Made by a program: the position numbers and the translations under genes. A DNA stretch of 61,689 nucleotides from a virus (taxonomy: Duplodnaviria > Caudoviricetes): IMG/VR virus record IMGVR_UViG_3300011113_000660, positions 1 to 61,689 of that record, one strand, 5' to 3'. How positions within the stretch are numbered: the first letter of the stretch is position 1; each line of letters begins with the position of its first letter. Below, piece after piece: positions 1 through 8,422 of the stretch. The notes under the pieces are model-generated. The model was not told where the DNA came from, made no database searches, and saw only the letters and a program-made list of their open reading frames with translations.

Positions 1-2
1 AT

Positions 3-659
3 GCCATACATCATCGAAGCAGTTTAGCAGCCTTACAAAAGCAGTTAGAGGACAAACAGGCCGAAACAGATCCCTACGGTGAACAGATAGAAGACATGCA
101 AGGTCAGGCTTTGCAGGTAGTAAGCTATGACACGCTGAACGAACTTACCAGATTGCAAGAACATCAAGACTTTTTGCTCAAACTCTTGACCAGCAAGGAT
201 TCGTTTATACGCAAGAAGATCATTGAACAAAATCTGAGTTATTTGAATGCTAGACTCACACACTACTTGGATCGTATTGGCCTGCCCCACACAGTGGTAT
301 TCCAGAATGATCTCACAGTCAGCATCGAAGAGTTGGGTCGTGAACTGGACTTTGACAATTTGAGTCGTGGTGAGCGCAACAGATTGATCCTTAGCATGAG
401 CTGGGCCTTCCGTGATGTGTTTGAAAGTCTGTATCAACCCATCAATGTGCTGTTCATCGACGAAATGATCGATTCGGGTCTAGACACACAGGGCGTGGAG
501 AACGCCTTGGCCTTGCTCAAGCATATGAGTCGCGAACGTCACAAATCTATTTGGTTAGTCAGCCACAGAGATGAGTTGGCCGGGCGTGTGGAAAACATAC
601 TGCGGGTAGTCAAAGAAGGTGGCTTTACAAGTTATAACACAGACGTAGAGATTGCATGA
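3..659 (+). CDS. 46: Recombination endonuclease ATPase subunit (T4 gp46 / SbcC-Rad50-like), C-terminal part; gene starts before the window
   Basis: Frame is open from base 3. ABC signature LSRGE, Walker B/D-loop LFIDEMIDSGLD and H-loop LVSH. Confidence 0.9.
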   Translation, partial: AIHHRSSLAALQKQLEDKQAETDPYGEQIEDMQGQALQVVSYDTLNELTRLQEHQDFLLKLLTSKDSFIRKKIIEQNLSYLNARLTHYLDRIGLPHTVVFQNDLTVSIEELGRELDFDNLSRGERNRLILSMSWAFRDVFESLYQPINVLFIDEMIDSGLDTQGVENALALLKHMSRERHKSIWLVSHRDELAGRVENILRVVKEGGFTSYNTDVEIA

Positions 660-1261
660 AAATTTTATTAACTGGAAGCAGCAGTGGTGTTGGACAGGCG
701 TTGTATCAGCAGTTATGCGTTAATCACGACGTTACTGCACCGACCCGCCAACAACTAGATCTACTATCCTCTAGTCAAATAATAAATTTTGTCAATCAAG
801 GTTACGATGTGTTGATCAATTGTGCTGGCACCGGCGTTGGCGGTAAAATTGATTTTGTAAATCACAAAACAAACGATGTAAAAGATATATTACAAACAAA
901 TTTAATCGCTCCAGTATTACTATCACAGGCTGTGCTTAAACACAACTCGCAGGCAAAAATAGTAAACATTACAAGCACTAATAATTTAAGATATTGGCCA
1001 AATGATCTTGCATATAGTCTTAGCAAAAAAGCTGTTGAAGAGTTTGGAAAAATGCTAATGATTGAATATCCAACCATAGATTACTTAGAAATAAGACTGG
1101 GTCTTACAAAAACAAATTTTAATCAAAATAGATTTAAAAATGAACCTGATAGATATACTGAATTATATCAAGACAATTATCTAACTTCAGATAGTGTCGC
1201 TGATAAAATCTGCAAAGTATTGTTTGACGATACTGTAAAATTTATTGAGATATCACCGTGA
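656..1261 (+). CDS. Short-chain dehydrogenase/reductase (SDR)
   Basis: TGxxxGxG (LTGSSSGVG), LINCAG and catalytic YxxxK (YSLSK). AT-rich; ATGA overlap with gene 46. Confidence 0.9.
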   Translation: MKILLTGSSSGVGQALYQQLCVNHDVTAPTRQQLDLLSSSQIINFVNQGYDVLINCAGTGVGGKIDFVNHKTNDVKDILQTNLIAPVLLSQAVLKHNSQAKIVNITSTNNLRYWPNDLAYSLSKKAVEEFGKMLMIEYPTIDYLEIRLGLTKTNFNQNRFKNEPDRYTELYQDNYLTSDSVADKICKVLFDDTVKFIEISP

Positions 1262-2349
1262 ACTGGCAATTATATCACTGGCACTTTGAAGTTAGCGGAA
1301 AATGCACCTTAAAATGTCCTAGGTGCCCTCGCAACGACACTGCCCCGGTGCCGTGGATTAATAAAGAATTAACTTTAGATTTTTTTAAAAAAACACTAAC
1401 ACCAGACTTGTTAAAAACACAGGTTAAAAGAATAACCATGTGTGGAGATGTAGGCGATCCGATCTATGCCAGTGAATACTTAGATATCATTGAGTATATT
1501 AAGTCGCACAATCCTAAAATTCACGTCTATACAATTACCAATGGCAGTTATCGTAAACCCGAATGGTGGCAGAGATTTGCCCAGATCAGCAACAAATACG
1601 ATACTGTAAATTTCAGTGTCGACGGGTACGATGGTGCTAGTAATAACTTGTATCGCATTGGTAGCAACTGGGAAAGCATAATGACCGGTATGCGTATCAT
1701 GTGCCAAGAGAGTCCAGCGTTTGTTTACTGGGCTACTATTGTTTTTGCTTTCAATCAGGACTACTTAGATCAAATTGAACAACAAGCACGTGATATTGGA
1801 TGCGATGGATTACAGTTAACTTACAGCACCAAGTTTGGTAGTAAGTATGGCGAAGCCTATGGTGGTGCCACAGATCCAATGGAGCCTAGACCAGAATTTA
1901 TTAGTAAGACCCACAGATACGAAAGATATTTCCGTAATATCAGCGGACGAGAACAACACAATCAAGACTATCTTGAACACAACTTACAACGATACCGAGC
2001 AGTTAAACAACAACACAATAGGTTCATTACACCTATGTGCAGTGTTGGTAACCGCGGATTATATGTTAGTGCAGATGGTGTGTTACACCCGTGCAGTTGG
2101 GTTAGTTTTCCGTACGTATCAATGAGCACCGGGCGTAAAACAATACACTTTAAAAATAGTTTTCATCAGGTACATAGAGAGAAGTTAAATTTAAACACTC
2201 GCAGTTTAGACGAAGTGTTAAATGATCCAATTTGGAATTTGCTGTCTGAGTCATTTGACAATCCAGAAAAAGCCTGGGTCGAATGCGAACAAAAATGTAA
2301 TTGTAATATAGTGGATGAAGAATATGCTGTTGGGTGGCTTACAAATTAA
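1258..2349 (+). CDS. Radical SAM protein with C-terminal Cys-rich (SPASM/twitch-like) domain
   Basis: CxxxCxxC (CTLKCPRC), GDP, TNGS and FSVDG motifs. C-terminal C..G.L.PC and CEQKC. Confidence 0.9.
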   Translation: MNWQLYHWHFEVSGKCTLKCPRCPRNDTAPVPWINKELTLDFFKKTLTPDLLKTQVKRITMCGDVGDPIYASEYLDIIEYIKSHNPKIHVYTITNGSYRKPEWWQRFAQISNKYDTVNFSVDGYDGASNNLYRIGSNWESIMTGMRIMCQESPAFVYWATIVFAFNQDYLDQIEQQARDIGCDGLQLTYSTKFGSKYGEAYGGATDPMEPRPEFISKTHRYERYFRNISGREQHNQDYLEHNLQRYRAVKQQHNRFITPMCSVGNRGLYVSADGVLHPCSWVSFPYVSMSTGRKTIHFKNSFHQVHREKLNLNTRSLDEVLNDPIWNLLSESFDNPEKAWVECEQKCNCNIVDEEYAVGWLTN

Positions 2350-2383
2350 TGGGTATCAAGACAAATATGATAAACAATAGTCC

Positions 2384-2815
2384 ATGTCATGGCTATTCGA
2401 AAGCAAAACCGTTGAAATTTTACCCGAAGACTGCGTGGGCTTTGTTTACGTGATCACAAATAAACTGACCGGCAGAAAGTATATTGGAAAAAAATTAGCA
2501 AAATTCAGCAAGACAACATATAAGACAGTAAAACTCAAGAACGGCAACAAGAAGCGCAAGAAAATACGTGGCAAAATCGAATCAGACTGGCAGACCTACT
2601 ACGGCAGCAACGAACAACTCAACAAAGATGTAGCACAGTTAGGCAACGAAAACTTCTCTCGTGAAATCTTATACTACTGTAGGTCCAAGGCCGAATGTAG
2701 TTACATAGAAGCTAGAGAACAATTTAACCATAGAGTTCTGGAGTCGGATGACTGGTACAACGGACACATTCAAGTGCGTGTACATGGCAGTCATATAAAA
2801 AATAGATTTAAGTAA
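2384..2815 (+). CDS. Small Seg-type GIY-YIG nuclease domain protein with no C-terminal DNA-binding domain
   Basis: GFVY...KYIG, YYGS, NFSREIL, conserved E (YIEARE) and YN. Lys-rich insertion after YIG. Confidence 0.8.
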   Translation: MSWLFESKTVEILPEDCVGFVYVITNKLTGRKYIGKKLAKFSKTTYKTVKLKNGNKKRKKIRGKIESDWQTYYGSNEQLNKDVAQLGNENFSREILYYCRSKAECSYIEAREQFNHRVLESDDWYNGHIQVRVHGSHIKNRFK

Positions 2816-2818
2816 GAG

Positions 2819-3424
2819 ATGAAAAAAATTTTAATTTGTGGGGATAGTTTTGCTGTTGATTACAAGAATTTGACAAGCAACAACCCAGGCTGGTCTAGTT
2901 TATTATCCAACAATTTTTTGGTAACTAATCTGTCACAGGCTGGGGCAAGCGAATATAGAATTCTTAAACAAATAAAAAATGAAAATATTGATTTGTATGA
3001 CGCTATTATAATTAGCCATACTAGCCCAAATCGGTTGTATGTCAATGAACATCCTATTCATAAAAATAATGCCATTCATCAAAATAGTGATTTACTTTAT
3101 AATGATGTGGTATATCACGCCAACTTGGATCCTGACAATAAGATATTAATGTCAGCTAAAAATTATTTTGAAAATATTTTTGATATGACATATCATGAAG
3201 ATCTATTTTTTTTAATTGCTGATCAAATTAATCTTCTTGCAAATGATAAACCATGCCTGAATCTATTTACATTGTATGACAAAAATTGTAACAAGTTTCA
3301 ACATTATTTAAATTTAAAAAAACAATTTAAAATTGTACCGGGACAAACCAATCATTATACAAGCACAACAAATTTGCAAATTTCCAATTTAATCAAAAAA
3401 TGGATTGATCTTGTTACCAATTAA
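2819..3424 (+). CDS. SGNH/GDSL-hydrolase-like protein
   Basis: N-terminal ICGDSF, block II NLSQAGAS, C-terminal NH. AT-rich. Confidence 0.6.
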   Translation: MKKILICGDSFAVDYKNLTSNNPGWSSLLSNNFLVTNLSQAGASEYRILKQIKNENIDLYDAIIISHTSPNRLYVNEHPIHKNNAIHQNSDLLYNDVVYHANLDPDNKILMSAKNYFENIFDMTYHEDLFFLIADQINLLANDKPCLNLFTLYDKNCNKFQHYLNLKKQFKIVPGQTNHYTSTTNLQISNLIKKWIDLVTN

Positions 3425-4430
3425 AATAACCATTTTTGTCGGGGATGTTTCAGAAACGACATCAAGTGTTGCTTTGGCGTTGGACAAGGAAGCAGTGTTG
3501 CTCGATCAAAGTAACTACCTGCAATTCTTAAATAAAGAATTGTTAAATCATACTTTTTATACCAGCTTAGGCGATTTACCAAAAGATATAGCTATTATGT
3601 ATCGTATATTAGACAAAGCCGATGACATTATTTACTGCCCGACTAATTCCTGGAGCGATGATAAAGCTCTCGACATTACAAATGTCACTAGTTCCATACA
3701 AGGACTCACCGAATTTATTTTGTTTAATATTTCTCAAATAAAACATAATGTATATAATCTAGATTTAACAAAATATACTAACAGCGTATACACTATTCTT
3801 GCTGATTCTCGTAAAACAGATAGTCAACAACTATGGATTTCTGGTTGTAGTGTAACACACGGCGTAGGAGTAGATGCGTCTCAACGGTATGGGCAACTTC
3901 TTGCAAATTTATTAGAGTTGCCGGTGTCGTTTTTAACCGCTGGAGGATCATCTATTCCGTGGGCAATAGATCAAATAATTAGGTCAGATGTATGTCCTGG
4001 TGATATTGTAGTTTTAGGACTAATCAGTGAGTTTAGATTTCCATACTGGGCTGGTAAAAATGGTGTTTGGCACATAGCTTCTTCACATCGATTGCACGCT
4101 AAAAAATTACCCTTTACAAATTTATCACACAGCATGTTAGACAGACTAATTACAGATGAGAATTGCTTTTATCAATCTGTAATTAGTATTAACCAACTTA
4201 TAAATTTTTGCAGAAAACTTAATCTAAAATTATTAATTTTAGGATTACTCTCCTCACACAAATTAGCATTACAACTAAGCAACATATCACAATTCAAAAA
4301 CTATGTAAACTTTGAATCACCAAATTCTTACGTTGATCTAGGAACCGACGATAAGCATCCTGGGCCACAACAACACAAACTCTACGCAGACTTTTGTCAA
4401 TCAGCACTAAAACAACTTCATTACATTTAA
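3405..4430 (+). CDS. Protein with C-terminal SGNH/GDSL-like domain
   Basis: GCSVTHGVG, AGGSS and DDKHPG (DxxHP). AT-rich; exact start codon uncertain. Confidence 0.6.
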   Translation: MILLPIKITIFVGDVSETTSSVALALDKEAVLLDQSNYLQFLNKELLNHTFYTSLGDLPKDIAIMYRILDKADDIIYCPTNSWSDDKALDITNVTSSIQGLTEFILFNISQIKHNVYNLDLTKYTNSVYTILADSRKTDSQQLWISGCSVTHGVGVDASQRYGQLLANLLELPVSFLTAGGSSIPWAIDQIIRSDVCPGDIVVLGLISEFRFPYWAGKNGVWHIASSHRLHAKKLPFTNLSHSMLDRLITDENCFYQSVISINQLINFCRKLNLKLLILGLLSSHKLALQLSNISQFKNYVNFESPNSYVDLGTDDKHPGPQQHKLYADFCQSALKQLHYI

Positions 4431-4858
4431 AACTAGATAGGCAACTTTACTGACTCTGCGCCGGGTGTTTGATCCGGCCCCATCGAAGAACGGTGCAATA
4501 CCCGGTCTGGAAAACTTTGGGCGTCAAAGGCAATTGCTAACTTAAGGCAACAAATGGTTTGAGCTCTGTGAAAAAGACACAACTCATGCTCATAGGACTT
4601 GGTTCTTCTCGGGTCACTAGGGTTCCGTTGACATGTGAAGCTTGAGTAGGGGGTACCGGTCAACCGCCTCCGTGTAGGAAACTACAATCTCATTGGAATG
4701 AAGTGACTGCGATACTCGGATAATGCAGAACTTTTCACCCGGCAACGGGTGAATTGTGACCACTTAATCTGGATAATACGGAAAAACATTTTCTTTATAG
4801 CAACAGATAAAGATGCGTGAGCAAAGCGAAACGCATAGACTTCGTAATACGAAGTCTC
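4431..4858 (+). ncRNA. Putative large structured non-coding RNA of unknown class
   Basis: About 430 bp between convergent genes, more GC-rich than the flanks, with at least 9 helices found by eye. Two are capped by GNRA tetraloops on the + strand (TGTAG-GAAA-CTACA 4673-4686; TTCACCCG-GCAA-CGGGTGAA 4734-4753). G-U pairs read correctly on the + strand. Confidence 0.6.
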
Positions 4859-4860
4859 TT
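4837..4860. terminator. Hairpin at the junction of convergent transcription units (possible terminator or RNA 3' end)
   Basis: AGACTTCGT-AAT-ACGAAGTCT, directly abutting the stop of the minus-strand radical SAM gene; weak T tail. Confidence 0.4.
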
Positions 4861-6427
4861 ATACCATCAACGCACTGTCTGCTTTGGAAGTTTGAATTGG
4901 AATGATTCTTTTAACCAAAGGTTTTACAACGTCAGTGAAAGCTGCTGCTCGAGTTCGGTTGACTTCAAGATACAACTCAATTTCGCCATTGAGATTGTAG
5001 CTCATGTTTATTGCATCTCGTGTGGCACGTATCCAGCGTAGATACCTTTCTTTGACTGTGAGTTCGGGATTAGAATCACATACCCAGTCAGATACGTTGT
5101 TGGATCCTTCAAACCAACGAGTACCAAGCTCTTGTGACATTGCCTCAACCGGAGTATGATCTTGTATAGCCATGGTAAATCTTACATCGTAAATCAACAC
5201 TGTGTCGTTGATAACATAGCGTTGCCAGCGTTTTAACAATTCCAGTGACTCCTGGAAATCTTGTTCTGTTTCGGTCACATACCCTACAATCATTAATAAT
5301 GAATTTTGAATACCGTATTTTTCGCACATGGCCAAATGATAATCAACATCTTCATTGGTAAATTTTTTACGCATGTGGATTCTTACTTTTTCACTGCCGC
5401 TCTCTAATCCCACTGAGATCGTTTTTAGTCCTACCTTGCTCATAAGTTGAAACATTCTTTCTTTGTGTGCTGTTTTGGGTCTCAGAATAAAATTTCCGTT
5501 CAGTGAAAGTTTAGATAGGCCTGGATGATTGTTAATATGGATGTCAAGCACTTCTAACATTTCCATAAACTGACTCAGGGATCCATTGAGCAAACTATCA
5601 CTAAAGATAAATTCGGTTACCCCAGCATCTAGATAGCACTGTAATATTTCATCAGCTATGTGTTTTCCTGTCCGGAATCGATATTTTTTCCAGTGAGCGG
5701 CCACATCACAAAATGTACAATCTTGTACACACCCCCGGCTACCGGTTATGGTTATTACAGGGGTTCCTTTTGGTCCTAAATAGTCATTGAGATTATCTTT
5801 GAGTTTTTTATAATCTACAAAAGGCAAACTGTCTAAATCGTTAATTTGTTCTTGCTTGTGTTCAACATTATTTTTGCTGTTCAATCCAGCAATGTTTCTA
5901 TGTCCAGTGATGAATTTTTCAAAAATTATGTCTCCTTCTCCAAGCACATAATAGTCCAATAGATCCTGATCGACTAGGTATCTTCCATAAGAATCAGAAT
6001 TCAATCCTTTGAGTTGGTAGGTTGTGTTGACTCCAGATCCCCCGGCAATAATTGGCAAGTTGGTGTTGTGTTTTTTACAATATCGTAAAAATAGTTCGCA
6101 CCATTGATGTTGGATGTAACTGAATACCGAGATAGCAATAGCGTCAGCACCACTTTGTTTGATTCGATCAGTTATGGCAAGAAAAAAATTGTCAATTTCT
6201 TGTTGTTTTTCGGCAATAGCCACATCCAGATTGCTCCAACTATGTTTGTAAAAATATTCCCACTGCTGGTCTCCAAAATAATACCGTAACTCCATGCTGA
6301 GATCCATTAGATCATAATCGACCTGATTACGATTACACACTCCGGCAAGAAATCCTAAACTAGAAGGCAACCGAGAACTGGGCAGTTGCGCACCGTTAAC
6401 AAGCATGATTTTTTTAAACTTTGACAT
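4859..6427 (-). CDS. B12-binding-domain radical SAM protein (class B methyltransferase-like architecture)
   Basis: N-terminal cobalamin-binding-like region (SLGFLAG, IIAGGSG, LGEGD), SRGCVQDCTFC, GLESGS and IVGYVTET. Confidence 0.88.
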   Translation of the reverse strand: MSKFKKIMLVNGAQLPSSRLPSSLGFLAGVCNRNQVDYDLMDLSMELRYYFGDQQWEYFYKHSWSNLDVAIAEKQQEIDNFFLAITDRIKQSGADAIAISVFSYIQHQWCELFLRYCKKHNTNLPIIAGGSGVNTTYQLKGLNSDSYGRYLVDQDLLDYYVLGEGDIIFEKFITGHRNIAGLNSKNNVEHKQEQINDLDSLPFVDYKKLKDNLNDYLGPKGTPVITITGSRGCVQDCTFCDVAAHWKKYRFRTGKHIADEILQCYLDAGVTEFIFSDSLLNGSLSQFMEMLEVLDIHINNHPGLSKLSLNGNFILRPKTAHKERMFQLMSKVGLKTISVGLESGSEKVRIHMRKKFTNEDVDYHLAMCEKYGIQNSLLMIVGYVTETEQDFQESLELLKRWQRYVINDTVLIYDVRFTMAIQDHTPVEAMSQELGTRWFEGSNNVSDWVCDSNPELTVKERYLRWIRATRDAINMSYNLNGEIELYLEVNRTRAAAFTDVVKPLVKRIIPIQTSKADSALMV

Positions 6428-6935
6428 TGGTTAATTCTTTTTCGAATGCATCGAGCTTATCTAAGAACCGCTGACGTGCCTCTGGCAACGGTATGAATAA
6501 GTTTAAAACGGGTTGACTCTTATTTATTTTTTCTTGAACTGCCCAGTCTATCACAGGTACGCCCATTGGCATCTTGAATGTACCATTTGGACCCCAAATC
6601 AGTGACTGCGGATGCTCGGTACCATCGAAACAAAAAATTCCAGAGAACTTGAAATAGTTTGGGAGTTTAACATCTTCTATATAGATATCGTCTAAAGTCA
6701 CAATCTGATCTTGTACTATGACATTGTTTTCAACTATGCAGTTGTTGTCAGTTTTTCCATAGCGTTCAATACTAAGTGTATATAATCCGGATTCTATTTT
6801 TTCCAGCGGCAGACTAATTTGTTCTTGAGGCCTGGTAAATTCAAAGTCAACTAACGTTGTGTTGTTCAGGGTAAATTTTAACTTTGGCCAACCGTTGCAT
6901 TCGGTAGCTGAGAAATGGAAAATTAATTGATTCAT
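6414..6935 (-). CDS. Hypothetical protein (beta-rich), coupled to the radical SAM gene
   Basis: 173-aa ORF overlapping both neighbours; AT-rich. Confidence 0.7.
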   Translation of the reverse strand: MNQLIFHFSATECNGWPKLKFTLNNTTLVDFEFTRPQEQISLPLEKIESGLYTLSIERYGKTDNNCIVENNVIVQDQIVTLDDIYIEDVKLPNYFKFSGIFCFDGTEHPQSLIWGPNGTFKMPMGVPVIDWAVQEKINKSQPVLNLFIPLPEARQRFLDKLDAFEKELTNVKV

Positions 6936-7270
6936 AGATTTTTATCAGGCCAATCACGAAACAGTGCATGCTGTATGTCACCTGCGACGAACTGATTGAA
7001 ACTTCGATGTTTGGTTTCTAATTCACCTTCGAGTGGTGCAACTCTTCGGAATGCTTCATCCATTTGTGCCATGTCGCGGAATTCCATGATTATCATCCAC
7101 TCGGGCATGTCTGCTATGCTACGGAATCCCATTTTGCATCTAGTGATTCTGTATGATTCCATTTTGCCTTCTGAAATCAAATGATCAAAGAAACCCTTCA
7201 TGCCGTTGACCCAATCAATGTCACTGATGTCGCCTTCTTTGTTTGCCCAAATTGTGTATAAGTCTGCCAT
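6932..7270 (-). CDS. Small dimeric alpha-beta-barrel-like protein (DUF6614-like)
   Basis: ITRxKMGF...EW.I..EF..MAQMDEAF..VA...H pattern; family recalled from memory, not searched. Confidence 0.5.
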   Translation of the reverse strand: MADLYTIWANKEGDISDIDWVNGMKGFFDHLISEGKMESYRITRCKMGFRSIADMPEWMIIMEFRDMAQMDEAFRRVAPLEGELETKHRSFNQFVAGDIQHALFRDWPDKNL

Positions 7271-7704
7271 TATTGTAGTGTCCCTAAAATTTCAAAGCCT
7301 TCAAGGCCTTGTTTGTACAAGTGTGCTTGATCTAGATATAGAAACTTGTAACCTCTTTCTCTGTAGATAGCACATTCTGTTTTCAAACTTTCTATTCCCA
7401 GTTGAGTCCTTGGATTATGATATGTCCATGCAAACTGACTGGCCAGCACATTTTCTGTATCGTAGCGCCGCATCAAACTAAAAGCCACTAGCTCATCGTT
7501 TTCTCTATAGCCAATCACATCGGTCATGGGATCCGTAAACTGGCTGTCAAACAAGGGCATGACCGACGCAAAATGTTTGTAGATACAGTAGGTCCTGTAG
7601 ATGTCCTTCAATTGAGCAATGTTGGGTTCGTGTAGATATTCCCAGGCCACGGTGGCCCGATAGGTAGTTTTAGATAAGTCTATGCGAGCAAATTGATAAG
7701 TCAT
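7270..7704 (-). CDS. GNAT-fold protein resembling the C-terminal domain of arginyl/leucyl-tRNA-protein transferases (ATE1/Bpt)
   Basis: LVAFS...LASQFAWTY..P..QLGIESL..EC...R..GYKFLYL...YK parallels the ATE_C pattern LxAv...Y.fYDP...LG..s.l.EI...r..g..ylYLG...YK. Confidence 0.6.
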   Translation of the reverse strand: MTYQFARIDLSKTTYRATVAWEYLHEPNIAQLKDIYRTYCIYKHFASVMPLFDSQFTDPMTDVIGYRENDELVAFSLMRRYDTENVLASQFAWTYHNPRTQLGIESLKTECAIYRERGYKFLYLDQAHLYKQGLEGFEILGTLQ

Positions 7705-8204
7705 GTCCTGGGATCTTGTCTATGAGCAAACAAGGTCTGTAAATAGTCCTCGGGCCAGGTCGCATAAAACCCTTTGTCTGCCATTTGCTGTGCTTTGGAA
7801 TTCAAGTCAGTCAAATTCTGTACCAAGACCAAGGCATAGGTGCCTTGATTCATAGTCACTCCGTTGACTATTTCTGGATCCGCCGGATGATCTTCCAAGG
7901 CAATCATGTCTCGGGGCACAAGATGATTGGTGTTGGCAAATTCTATTTCGTCATGGAATTTGTCGTAGGGATGGAACTTGAGGTCGTACGCAAAAATCGT
8001 CACACTTTTTGCCAAGGTGCTGTAGCTTACAGCAATGAGATCTTCTAAAGGATTGCGACCAAGTCTGACTTCAAAGTCACGATCCAAGCGTGCTTTGCGA
8101 GCGTACGGACACGGTGCCCAACCACCCAGAGCCGGATGCGGAACTTCCACAAACGTGGCCATCCAGCGTTCGATGTCGTAGGTAACAGTTTCTAAATTTA
8201 ACAT
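7701..8204 (-). CDS. DUF1415-like protein
   Basis: W...FV......CPYA and DHP motifs typical of DUF1415 (W...v...nlCPFA ... FHP). Confidence 0.5.
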   Translation of the reverse strand: MLNLETVTYDIERWMATFVEVPHPALGGWAPCPYARKARLDRDFEVRLGRNPLEDLIAVSYSTLAKSVTIFAYDLKFHPYDKFHDEIEFANTNHLVPRDMIALEDHPADPEIVNGVTMNQGTYALVLVQNLTDLNSKAQQMADKGFYATWPEDYLQTLFAHRQDPRT

Positions 8205-8207
8205 TTT

Positions 8208-8396
8208 TTAAAAGAAAGGCAGACCGCTCTTTTTAGTGGTCTCGAGATTTTCTTTGATTATGACATTGATCAATTTTCTTTCGCTGACGCCCAGGGTCAT
8301 GGCCTGCTCATAGGTCAGACCACCACGCATGTACCAGGCCATTTTCAGCGCCTCCTGTCGGATGTCATTGCTTTCTTTTTCCATGCTGTCCAGCAT
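8208..8396 (-). CDS. Small baseplate hub assembly protein (T4 gp51-like)
   Basis: Directly follows the gp26-like gene; short helical protein with W.MRG...Y...M.L...ER. Confidence 0.5.
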   Translation of the reverse strand: MLDSMEKESNDIRQEALKMAWYMRGGLTYEQAMTLGVSERKLINVIIKENLETTKKSGLPFF

Positions 8397-8422
8397 TTTG
8401 GAAATTTGGTCAGAGTCCAGGA

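Noticed and set aside
4433-4663. 76-aa minus-strand ORF in the structured region
   Set aside because: No SD or promoter, unprotein-like composition, and it overlaps the dense helices.
4431-4858. tRNA, tmRNA, RNase P or group I/II intron identity for the structured region
   Set aside because: No cloverleaf/TTCGA-CCA end, no RNase P P4 consensus, no group I P7 or group II domain V motif recognised, and no interrupted gene flanks it. Judged by eye only; an Rfam scan is still needed.
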